From positions 185,631 to 249,630 of the forward strand of contig NW_005434620.1 of assembly GCF_000315625.1 (NCBI RefSeq): a stretch of 64,000 nucleotides of DNA, in the 5' to 3' direction. A program made the translations under genes and the position numbers. This document shows, piece by piece, positions 25,949 to 36,950 of this stretch. This DNA is from Guillardia theta CCMP2712 (Eukaryota; Protista; Cryptophyta). How positions within the stretch are numbered: the stretch's first letter is position 1; every line of letters begins with the position of its first letter. The notes beneath the pieces were generated by a model, which had not been told where the DNA came from, ran no database searches, and worked only from the letters and a program-made list of their open reading frames with translations.

Positions 25949-26124
25949 AGTAACTTGAAAGACTGAGAGAGCCATCACTGTCAAGAAAGTGCCCTGGCAT
26001 TGTCCATGTTTTTACTGGGTTCGAGAATCCTGCCATTAGTTTGCAAAAGTTTATTACTAAATTAGATGAACCCTTACTTGCTTTGCCGCCCCAGCTGCAA
26101 GCCACTGATGGAAATCAATTCACG

Positions 26125-28219
26125 TCAGTTGTTCTCCCTTTTCGATGCCCAAAGTTGTGACTTCTCCCTTCCTTTCTTTCCGTCAGTTCTCCAGGGAATT
26201 CTCATCAAGTCAGGGAGCTCCTGACTGGCTTCAACGCCACACCTGATCGCCTGCTCCTGCTGCTGACTAGAGAACTCGGAAGAGCGATTCTCTTGCGGTT
26301 GAAAGCCACTCGAGCCGCAGGGAAGGTACTTCTTTGCCAGCTCTCGAAAGGAGGAAGAAACCCAGCCGTCTACTCGAGCTTTAACATGGAAAAGTTTCAT
26401 CTTCATCCTGCCGATCCCCCGAGGAACGCGAAACCGGGCGCAGCGAGTCGTAAAGATGGCGTATGGCAAGATGAAGTCACAAGAAACAACAATGAAGACG
26501 GGGGCAAAGGTCTTTGTGAGGGCAAGGTCAACCAGAATCTTTGTTGAGGAGTAGGTAAACCAAGTGCCGATGATGATGCCACCAAAGAGCCAAAACACGA
26601 CCAGCCCGACTCCTATGAAGAAGAGAGAAACTCCGGTAACGTACAGGAGCACCGCGATGCAGCCTGTGCAACCCTCTTTCCTCCTCTTTCTCCTCCTTGT
26701 CCGAGTTCCGGCTGCACATCATGACGAAAAGAGGCCACCAGCCATAGAAGGAACTCCGTATGGTATCCCTGCGATAGACCACTTGTGCCAGCACGCGGCC
26801 AACCGTGAGGTGACCGGGAGATCGCTCTGCAGCTCGTAGCAGTGCGGTGTGATCTCCATCGAGGTCAGAGGAAGCAGGACAAGCGACTGCTGACTCGAAA
26901 GAGCTGTTGAGATGACAAGGAAGGAAATTTTGCGCTTCAGCCATGTCCATTTCGTCTCGAAGCATCCTTTCTGTTTAGTATCGACGGTTCGGGGCTGCTG
27001 ACTGCAATCGCGGTCTCTTGTCTTGGCTGCACCATAGCTCTGACACCAGGAATAACACCACCAGCGCTGTAAGACTGTTGCTCCTCCTCCTCCTCCTCCT
27101 CCTCCTCCTTCTCTCCCTCCTCCTCCTCCTTCTCTCCCTCCTCTCCCTCCTCCTCTCCCTCCTCCTCTCCCTCCTCCTCTCCCTCCTCCTCCTCCTCGCC
27201 ACCTTCAACAGGAGAGGTGTTGTTTTCAACGACAGGTTCACTCCTGATGGTATCCGGCAAAATTCTTGAAGTGATATGCTCTTCTCCTTTTAACTCACTT
27301 TCAAGATTCGCATCCTTCATCATCATGTAAAAGGAAATGCAGGCCCAAATGATCAATCCCAGGCCAACGCTCAACTTGGACGAGATGTTCTCGTATGAGC
27401 TCTCATCTCCAAGAATACTGGTCGTGAATTCATAAATGCCAAACTTGCACAATGCCTCCTGCCCGATGTAGCTGAGCGAGCTATGTGGGGCACAAGTTCG
27501 ATTATATTGATAGTCATCTTTTGACAACAGCCATACGAGACGGTCAGGGTTGTCACTGACATAGTATGCCTTCATCACCCTAGCCTCCGACGATGTCAGG
27601 AACCAGTTGAACCTTGCGCTCATGAACGCCATATTATAAACGATCCAGAGCATCGGGAGCAAGCACTTGCCGATGAAACGGATATCTCCTTGATCGACCG
27701 TACAGTTCTGCAAGACGATGGTGATGAAGAGTATGAAGAAATGGAACGTAAAAGCGAATTTGAAAATGGTAGAGGATAGACCGTTCTGCATGAACCAGGA
27801 CTTCTGGTCATGATTTTCAGGCCTCGGATCTTGGCTATCCGAGTTATTGCGTTGAATGCAACCGGTATCGTTGACCATCTGATCTTGCAAGCAAGGGAAG
27901 CAAACTGATCGATGAGAGGTGTTGGTTGAAAATTCCCCGGGGGGCATGGTGTGCAGCAGTAGTCGAGCATCGCAATCTTGCATGAGCTTGTTGTACAATT
28001 GGCTCCGCTGCGGGACGTCGCCGTACAGTTTGAGCCAATGCAACAAGTCGAGTACCCCTTGTCTGTCGAGCAGGGGCGATTTTCCATGTCGCAACAGCTG
28101 GTACACATCGATTGGTTGAGAATCTTGTCCTTACCACAAATGCGATCACCTTGCACTGAGCTTGTGATGAGAAAGGAGAGAATACAAGTGCTGCACAGCT
28201 TGGAATGTATGAACAACAT
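26125..28219 (-). CDS. Multi-pass membrane protein with signal peptide and Cys-rich ectodomain; frameshift at 27935-27938
   Basis: Signal peptide MLFIHSKLCSTCILSFLITSSVQG. Joining frames gives CTPCPPGEFS..VCFPC (ephrin-receptor/TNFR-like repeat), followed by several TM helices and a poly-Glu loop. Confidence 0.6.
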
Positions 28220-28616
28220 CTCAACGTCTTTGCCTCAAACAATTCAGACTACAACTGTGCTGGAACAAGCGAGGTCCTCGAGGAGAGGAGGCTGGGACAG
28301 AGGACGCCAGAGGTCTAGTCAAGAAGCCACCCTCCACCCTACCCCTGCCAAGGCCAGAGTCAACATGTCCAGAGACCCGGTACTCAGCACTGCTGGACAT
28401 TCGGAGGCCGCCGCTGCGCGGCCGCGGCCCCGCGGGGGTCCGACGGTCACGGGTCCGACCGTCGGCGCGACGAAGCCTTGAAGCCTTTGCGGCCTACTTG
28501 CGGCGGGCGGCCCGGCGCGGCACGATGTGAAAATCGCGGCTCAAAGTTAAGTCAACCCCCCGGCGAGTCAAATAAAATGCTGGACCGTACTGCACCAAGA
28601 TTCGAAGAGACAAGAC

Positions 28617-29313
28617 TGATGGAACGTATGTCAGCCGTGCCATCAGATAGCGCCGAGTTAACAAAAACTCTCCTGTAAACCAAGACGACTTACGTGTTTC
28701 AAGGCGGCATGTAGCGTGTGGACGAAGAGGGGGCTTTCCTAGCCGTCTTGCTAAGGTCCTCTCATGTCTGGATGCTTGGGTTTCACATCCTAGTATACAG
28801 TCTATCTCTCATGTGCTCCTCAATTCTGGTTTTGTGTGCATTAAACTCGGTCTTGAGCAAAAACTGCCAGGCTTGTTTCAATAAGGTTGATGTGATATCT
28901 GCGTTACTTTTGGCATAGTACAAGTCTAACAAACTTGTATTCCGTCAAAGACCGTACGGAAACACTGTCGAGTCACTGAGAGTCCAATCGGATCGCACCC
29001 CGGAAGTTCAAGGTGCCGCGCCTCCATTGTATTTCCAACTCGGCCGGTAGTGTTAGTTGTAACAAGACAGTTTTTGCTCAAGACCGAGTTTAATGCACAC
29101 AAATCCAGAATTGAGGAGCACATGAGAGATAGACTGTATGCTAGGATGCCAGTGAAACCCAAGCATCCAGACATGTGCAAGACGGCTAGGAAAGCCCCCT
29201 CTTCGTCCCACACGCTACATTGGCCGCCTTGACACGTCAGTCGTCTTGGTTTACAGGAGAGTTTTTGTTAACTCGGCGCTATCTGACTGGCACGGCTGGC
29301 ATACGTTCCATCA
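28617..29313. repeat. Long inverted repeat (foldback): ~250-bp arms, ~190-bp spacer
   Basis: 28617-~28870 is the reverse complement of ~29065-29313 with scattered substitutions and small indels. Confidence 0.95.
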
Positions 29314-30239
29314 ACGCCGGCGTGCGCGCGGCGGCCCGGCCGCCGGGGCCGGGGCCGCCGGCCAGGGCGGCGGCGCCCTGGGTCAAGATGGGGATGAGGC
29401 TTCAGTTACATTCATCGCGTGACTCTCCTACCCCCTACCCCTTGACTTCTGGTACCCTACCCCCTTCAATAGCTGACAACTTCATAGGTTAGTACCCCTA
29501 CCTGTGTCATAATCAATACATCCTACGTCAGTTCAGTAAACCCCTACCATACCCAATGCCACCTGAGATTATGTACCCCCACCCACCAAAAAGTACCTTC
29601 ACCCAATATTCCTATTATATTTGCTCTAGTGGTACCCCTTATATATTCACCCTCACCCCTTCTGGAGATACCCCCACCCCCCAATTTGTATTGTACCAGC
29701 TGTCTTCCTCTTGCAGGGCTCATGCAGAGGAGCGAGGAGGAGGCGGGGGAGGTGGGGGGTAGGGAAAGTGCGAGGAATGCAGGAAGCGAAGGCGGAGGAA
29801 TGGAACGAAGATGGTGGAGGAAGAAGACTCTGCAAGACTGTATTGAAGAGACAGAGAAGAACATACCTAATTCACAGCTGAGGAGAAATGCTGTTGTATG
29901 CATGCCCGCACGATTGGAAAGGATGGGAATTTTGCAAGGCTTCATTTTCTGAATTTGCAGGAAAAACATTTTGATGAGACATTGAAGTAGTTTTGGAAAA
30001 AAATGATAAGATACGATAAGAGCGCAACAATGATTGTCCAGTTTTGCGCAAACTGAAAGTTTTCATGTTTAGTGGAATGTGCAGAAAAGGGAAATTGAAG
30101 ACACACAATTTACATGGTCTTTAGTTTCATTTCAGGGGAATTATTGAATGAGCACAGATGATAAAGTCTTGCCACCTATTTCGTATCTCGTGAAATCGGA
30201 ACAAGAATTTGACTCTTTGGTGAAGGCAGAAAAAGAACG

Positions 30240-31933
30240 ATGCCTGACGAAGACCCAAACAAACAGATTCCACGTATCTTCGTGGGAGGTTGAATCTTGT
30301 AGCATGAAAGAAATTTACGCTGACGAATGTGCGAAGGTATGGCCCACGGTCGAGATCCTCAGAAACCTGTGAACGAGGAGATGATTCGAACAGTTTTTGG
30401 CAAGTTCGGAGAAATCGTCACCATCAAGACAGGTTTCTGACTTTTAGTTCTGTCGTGTTGCCTTGTGACACTGTCGAACAGGCATGAAGGATTTCGTGTT
30501 CATCGACTACAAGGACCATGAGAGTTGTCAGCGAGCAATCGAGACAATGCATCAGAAACCCTTCGATGAGGACTCGTCGGGCCCGATGAAGGTAGGAGGG
30601 GGTGAGTTGGGAACGACAGGGTGTGAAGATGCTTGTGTGCAGGTTCAATATGCTGAGCCGAGACGCGAGCGCCGCGCGGACACTCGGAGGTTTGAAAGGC
30701 GTTCTCGCTCCCCGGGAGGACGGGGAAATTTCATCCGACGTCCTACCCCTCCGCCGTTGGAACGTCCGAGAATGCCGGAGGGATATCCTCAAGACCGCCC
30801 CCGACATTATGAGGATTTCCCACCAGAACGTGAGTGGATGGATAGGCCAAGGTCCAGGTCCAGGTCTGGGCGTTTCGACCCTCGGAACGATTACAATCGC
30901 CCGCTCCGAAGCCGATCTCGCTCCCCCGGCCCTCCTCCAAGTGCCTACAACGACAGGTACATGGATCGTCGCCACGAGCATCATGGCCAGTATCGCAATG
31001 GAGGGGATCACGGATACAACCGAGACATGCCCCGTGACCCGACGATGCGTCATCCGGGCGATATGAGAGGTTCCGACCGCGATTACGGTCGTCAGCCAAT
31101 GTATGCATATCGACTTGTGCTCGCCGCTTGCTTTGGTATTGAAGCTCATTGGTGTTTGCAGGCCTGATGGAAGGTATCAACAGCATGGAAGGGGAATGCC
31201 GGATAGAGGATATGACCGTCAAGCTCCAAGGGAACCATACAATGCTGGCCGTGATGACCGTTACGATCGAAGGCAACCTTATCCCAGAGACGATCGATAC
31301 GACAGAATGCAGCCTCGCCGGGAGGATCGACCCAATGGAGGCCCCAACGGCCCAGGAGGATACGATCCAAGAGCTGCTCCTCGGAACGATCAATTCCGAG
31401 GGAACCCGCGACGCCCCCCCTCCCCGGCTAGGCCACCGGCTGGAGGGCGGAGCAGGAGCAGAGAGCCGATGGAAAACACTTCCGTCAGGAGGGATGACTA
31501 CGGGCAGTATGACATGAGGGGAGCTCGAGACAACGCATATGATAGACCAGTGGACCCAAATGCTCGGTACGGCATGGACAGGCCTGATGGAGGGAACTAC
31601 GATCAACCAGGTCGAGGAGGGCGTCCTGAGCCGGAGAACTTTCCGCAGCGATACGATCAACAGCCTGGAGGAGGAGACATGAGAGGCTACGGCAGGGATG
31701 CCCCCATGGATAAGTTCTCTTCCTACGGGAACGGCCCCAACGATGACGACCGAGGCCTGCCGCCGAATGAGCAGTCGAGGAGGAGGCAGCGCGAGGAACG
31801 CTTCTCGTCCAACAACCCGGGGGAACAGGTCCAGCTCCTGATGATGATCGACGTTGTCTTACCCTTCCTGCAGGATGCTCCTAGAGACCAAGGACGGGCC
31901 GCAGCGTCTGACTTTGATGATGGAGACATGTGA
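30240..31933 (+). CDS. RRM RNA-binding protein with an RS/RD/Gly-Tyr low-complexity tail (SR-like)
   Basis: Spliced MPDEDPNKQIPRIFVGG (RNP2)..IRTVFGKFGEI..KDFVFIDY (RNP1)..VQYAEPR, then RSRSP repeats. Confidence 0.85.
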
Positions 31934-32216
31934 AACTGCACACGAATGGCAGGGGCACAAGCACCCCGTGGTAGATGAATGGCACATGGTTAAGGTGACA
32001 GATCGTAAGGAGAGGTAGGAGTTGACTTCTTGAGTACGAGTATGCACACCGGACAACGAAGCAGCAGGAAAAGATTGGAATTTAAGGAAAGAAAGAAAGA
32101 AAGATGAATTCTGCTTGCACTCCTTGTCAGGCTGCGACAGTGGCTTGCTTGAGGGAGAATGAGTCTGTTGAACATTCACATGTTTTCACTAACATCACTT
32201 TAGAAACATCGCTAGA

Positions 32217-35200
32217 TCAGATGTCGGAAGTCTCCCTGTAGCCCTTCCAAGATGCGGGAGACACGAAGTTGTGCTCTGCCATGGTCTGCAGGACGAGCTT
32301 GCCTGCTGCTCCGTCAGCCAACTCCAAGACACGAGGAAGGGAAGAGAGAGAAGGAACGAGAGCAGACGAGAAGAGGAGGCGGGGGAGAGGGAGAGAAAAA
32401 TGAACTTGGGGAGCAGGGAAGAGATGGAGGGAGGGAGGGAGGGAGCTCTACAAGAAGAGTTGGCGGGAGGGAGGAAGGAGCTCTACAAGAAGAGTTGGAG
32501 GGAGGGAGGAAGGCATGAAGGAGTGGAGGGAAGGTGGTCAACCTGGCTTGTCGTTGGGATAGACTTCCATGCATTCTTCCATGAGCTCCTTTGCCACGTC
32601 CCACTGCCCCTTGAAGTAGGGGACGAGGGCCTTCTCGAACTGCCGGCGCCAGTCGGCGGAGGTGATGGGAGGGAAAGTCTCCCAGAAGTCGTTGCCAGAG
32701 GATTCTGAAGGAGGAGTCAGCTGGGGAGGAGGGAGGAGGATGGAGAGGCTGGGCGGATCAGGAGGAAGGAGGCGGAAGCAGTCCAAGGAGGGCACAAGGA
32801 AGAGGCGCTCAAGGCACACAGGGGACGGAAGACGCGGAGAGTCGGGGAGGGAGGGAGGGAGGGAGCAAGAGGAGAGGAGAAGCTACCGAGGAAATTCATG
32901 TCGTAGTCGTCGAGGCTGAAGGCTCTGGTGTCGTAGGTGAAGAGGTCGATGGGGGTTTTACTGTCAGGAACTTTGATCTTGTCGACCTGCTGCTGAGTCA
33001 GAGAGAGAGAGAGAGGAGGCGAGGAGAGAGAGAGAGAGGAGAGAGAAGACAGAGAAGAGAGGAAGAGAGAGAGAGAGAGAGGAGGAGGAGGAGGAGAGAT
33101 GAACAAGTGGGAGACAAGGAGGGTAAGAAGAGGAAGGAGACAGCAGGAAGGATTGAGGACGAGAAAGGAGGCAGGAGGAGGAAGAGGGTGCCCGAGACCT
33201 TGCGGCAGAGCTTCTGGACAGGAGGGGAGAGGAGGTCCCAGAACGCGTCGGTCATGAGCACGAGAACGCCGTAGATCTTCGTTGCAGCCTCGAGCCTCTC
33301 CGACCACTTGACGTTGGGGGAGAGGTAAGTCGGGTCGATCTTGAGAGCTGAGCCGATGGCTCCCTCGATGGCCCAGCCAGCATGCAGCCCGAAGCCGAAG
33401 GTGATGGTGTAGTTGGGGATCCTTGCCTGAAGCTTCTCGTTGGAGGTCAGGCGAAGGAGAGCTGGGCAGGTCGAGGTCTCGAAGACGATTCTCAGCACAG
33501 TCCGCAGAGCCGCGTCAGCGGTCGAGACGACCTGGCCGACCGTCCGGCGCTCCGGCAGGCGCCACGCGAGCTGGAAGGCGTCGCCGACGTTTTGTTGGGA
33601 GCGCCCTCGTTCTCGGAGACCGAGCGATGCACAAAGTCAGCGACGCGATTGACGAAGATCATCACGTCCTCTTGCAGACACTCCGTGCAGTCAGTGAAGG
33701 ATCGGATGTCGCAGAAGCCCCAGACGCCCTGGATGCGCTTGCCTGGGATCAGAGCGTTCACGTCCTTGCCGCTGTTGAGATTCTCGGTGATGATGGTGGA
33801 GCCAGCCTCTCCAAAGGCAATCTGAAGCATCGTGGACAACTTGATCAGAGCTGCTGCGATCGACTTCGTCTCTGCGTCCCCGTCTATGATCTCCGTCTCT
33901 GCGTTCATCCTCGCCATCGGGTCTGCCATAAGCCCTCGCACCATCGCCGTCATGGTCTCCAGCGGCACGATCACCAGCTTGTTGGTCAGCTGCCCGAAGT
34001 TGAAGGTGGCGAAGCCCAGCAAAAAGGTCACGAAGATCACCGTCGAGCAGCTCTGCATCGCTTGGCTCTTGGAGTCCTTGGTGGTCTTTAGAACGAGCAT
34101 GGTACAGGGGTCCGCGTCCGCCAGGGAGGAGCAGGGGTAGCTGTCGCACGCGCCCCCGTAGAGGGTCCCGAACCCGAGCCGCCATGCTGCGATGTCGGGA
34201 AACCAGCGGGAGAAGGTCGAGTTGGGGTCAAGCCGGACGCTCTGGTTGAACTCAGTGCCCCAGGGGTAGGTACCTTGACAAGTTTGACTGCCGTTGAAGA
34301 TCTCGATGAGCTGCTCGGCCGGGTACCCTCGTAGGTCGTACATCCAAGTCCTCTGGGAAGGGCCGTAGCCCCACACGTCAATGCCATTCACTCGCAGATA
34401 CCGGAAGGTGCAGCCGATGGTTTCTTGCCGGGTTCCCAGCGTCGTCCGGTCAATGGGCGGGCAGCCGGGGAGGCAGGTGGAGTTGACCTCGGGCTGGTCA
34501 AGGCAGTTGTACTTCTGGAGGAAGCGGAGGGAGGCGGTAGCGAACGGCTCTGCGCTGACATTGTTGTCTGCGACGGTGAGGAGGTAGTCGAGGCGAGAGA
34601 GCTCGTCTTGGAATGTGCACTCGGAGGACTGGAACTCAGACGCAGTCTGGATGAGGAGGAGTAGCTCCCCAACGATGAGCATGGTGGCGATGATGACGAT
34701 GATCTTCCGTTGGATCCCGTCGTTGATCAGCTGGCCGACTTTCGACCCCTCTTGCTGTGTCCTTGATTTCTTCTTGATGAGCGTCAGGGCCTTGAAGATT
34801 CGGACGATACGCGCTGCTCTCGTCCCTGCTCGCGCCGCTCGCCCGGCTCGAGCAACGGTCGCGCTCCCCCCCTGGCCTCCTCCAAAGAGGCTGATGTCCC
34901 AGAGGAGAAGGAAGTCAGGGGCGAGGGAGATGGTGGAGATGAAGTCAAGGTAGAAGAAGAAGGAGAAGCAGTAGCCCGGCTTGAAGAGCGTGTAGAAGAT
35001 GAACTCCAAGCTGAAGAGGCAGAAGCAGAGCAGGACGATGGTGTAGAACGAAGGGTCACTCTCCTTAGACACATCCGCCATGGCGTAGATGTCGGTACCC
35101 CACAAGGAAAAGACAGTCACGACGATCATGAGCATAGTGAAGGCACTTTCCTCGGGATTCTCAACCACACCAGGGATCAGCGACTGAGGGCCCTCCCGCC

Positions 35201-36950
35201 TCCTCGCCCGCGCCTCCTCTTTGGCGATCCGCTTCTCCTCCGCCATGCGCAGCTTCTCGGCCTCGAGCCTCTCTTGCGCCGTCATCTTCTTCTCCGTCGT
35301 CACCTGCAGCACCTGCAGGTCCGATCGCCCCATGGAGCGCACAAGGTTGGAGATCTTCGCCATGTCCGCCTGCCGCTTGTTGATCTTCCGCTCCCACAGC
35401 TTGCGGTTCTTCGGGTCCCACTCGACCAGGTCGCTATCGTCGTCCACCTCCTTCTTCTCCTGGTACTCTTCCTCGTCGACCTCCTCGATAGGGTCGAGCA
35501 GGTGGGGGTTGAAGTCCTGCATCAGCTCCTCGAAGGTCTTCTTCCCTGCTGACGCCGACGGCAAGTTCTCTCCGTCGCTCACGATCTGCTTCGTCGCTAC
35601 TCCGCTCATGAGCGCGCTGGTGCTGCGCCGAGGAGAGACGCTGCAGGAGTAAGGAATCAGACAGCAGCAAGAGAAGGGGAGGAGGACGAGCAGGAGCAGG
35701 AGGAGAGGAAGTGCTCGACCTGCTGCTGCCACCGGTAGAAAGCTGCCTCTCCATGAAAGCATGCTTCTTGGTCAGACTCTCCAGCGAGACTCGGATCGGC
35801 AGCTCTCGGATCTCGTCGGGGAGTTTAATCCAGTACTTAGTGACCTGGAGGACTGTCAGGAGGAGACGGCAAGACTTCGAACGAGCAGTCACTCTTACCA
35901 GCCCGTCGTCGCTCTTCTCGATCGCCTGCACCTCCCCAGTTTTGCCCTCGTACCTGCACCCAACAGACTCACGACAAGACCCCAGGGCCCTCGCACGTGC
36001 CTGGAGAAGTTGGGAGGGAGGTTGGAGACGATGACTTGATTTCCAACTTCGATCGTGTTCCTGGACGAGGACTTGGAGTGCAGGAGGGGAATGTCAAAGT
36101 TGTCGTCCTGCAAGGGCGGAGCCGATTCTGGCGAGGACGGTGGAATCATCTCGGATCTTGCCCCGTCCGTCGCCTCCGCAGGCAGCCTGATGCTGTCGGG
36201 GAGGGCAGGAGGACGAGAGTAGAGGCGAGGAGAACTCTCACTCTCCTCCAGCTTCGCCTGCTCCCGCGGGTTTGCAGCAGCGGGCATGGGAAGAATTTCT
36301 TCGCTCGCGCCTGCACAGACAAAGGGAACGTAAGGGGAGCCAAGAGCTCGAGGAGGCCGGCGAACCTTCATCCCTTCCAGCGCTAGAGGAGACGGACGTG
36401 TGCTGGTCGTAGACAATCGTAGCAGCAGCCTGGGGGGCTGCTGGAGGGAGCAGAGGAGTTGACTGAGGAGGTCAAGTCAGTTCGGCACGTGAAGCAACAG
36501 GGCCCTCACGTCTGATTCTTGTTCCCCCCAGTCTTCTCCTGGATCTGACGTTTCTCTTCCAAACTCTCCCCCGCTCACGGTCAGGGGCAGGTCAGCCCCT
36601 TCCTCCTGCCGCCTGCTCGACGACGGCAGCGCCATCCGAGCGACGAGCGCGTCCAACGGGTTCAACTGTGACCGACATCAGCGGCAGCCTCCCTCCCCTC
36701 CCTTCCCCGCACGCACATGCTGCTGCGCGGACGACATGTCCAGCGAGTCTTCCCTGCTCGAGTCCGCATCCATGTGCCCAGGAAGGTCCATGAACTGCAC
36801 TGGAGTCTCGAACTGCCATGGGCCGTCAGGGCTGCTAACTCGAGGAGGCAACGGCAGGACCTGACTGTCAGTATCGTCCTCCTCGTCCGCCAAAGAGTGC
36901 ATCGGTGAGGGACCCAAGTCCCGAAGAGCTGGAGGAGCTCTGCCCATGTC
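32217..36950 (-). CDS. Voltage-sensor 6TM domain fused to a class III (adenylyl-type) cyclase and C-terminal TPR-like helix; frameshift at 33590-33593, 5' end uncertain
   Basis: S4-like VARAGRAARAGTRAARIVRIFK, HAMP-like linker, GFCDIRSFT, PNK(N)VGDAF, GFGLHAGWAIEGAIGS..IDPTYLSPNV..RLEAATKIYG, ending WKGYRETSDI*. Confidence 0.9.

Noticed and set aside
28718-29232. Two similar short ORFs (DEEGAFLAVL...) suggesting duplicated genes
   Set aside because: They are translations of the two foldback arms; indels between arms do not preserve frame consistently.
29629-30372. ORFs upstream of the RRM gene as a separate gene
   Set aside because: Could not build a consistent spliced frame; the RRM protein starts cleanly at 30240.
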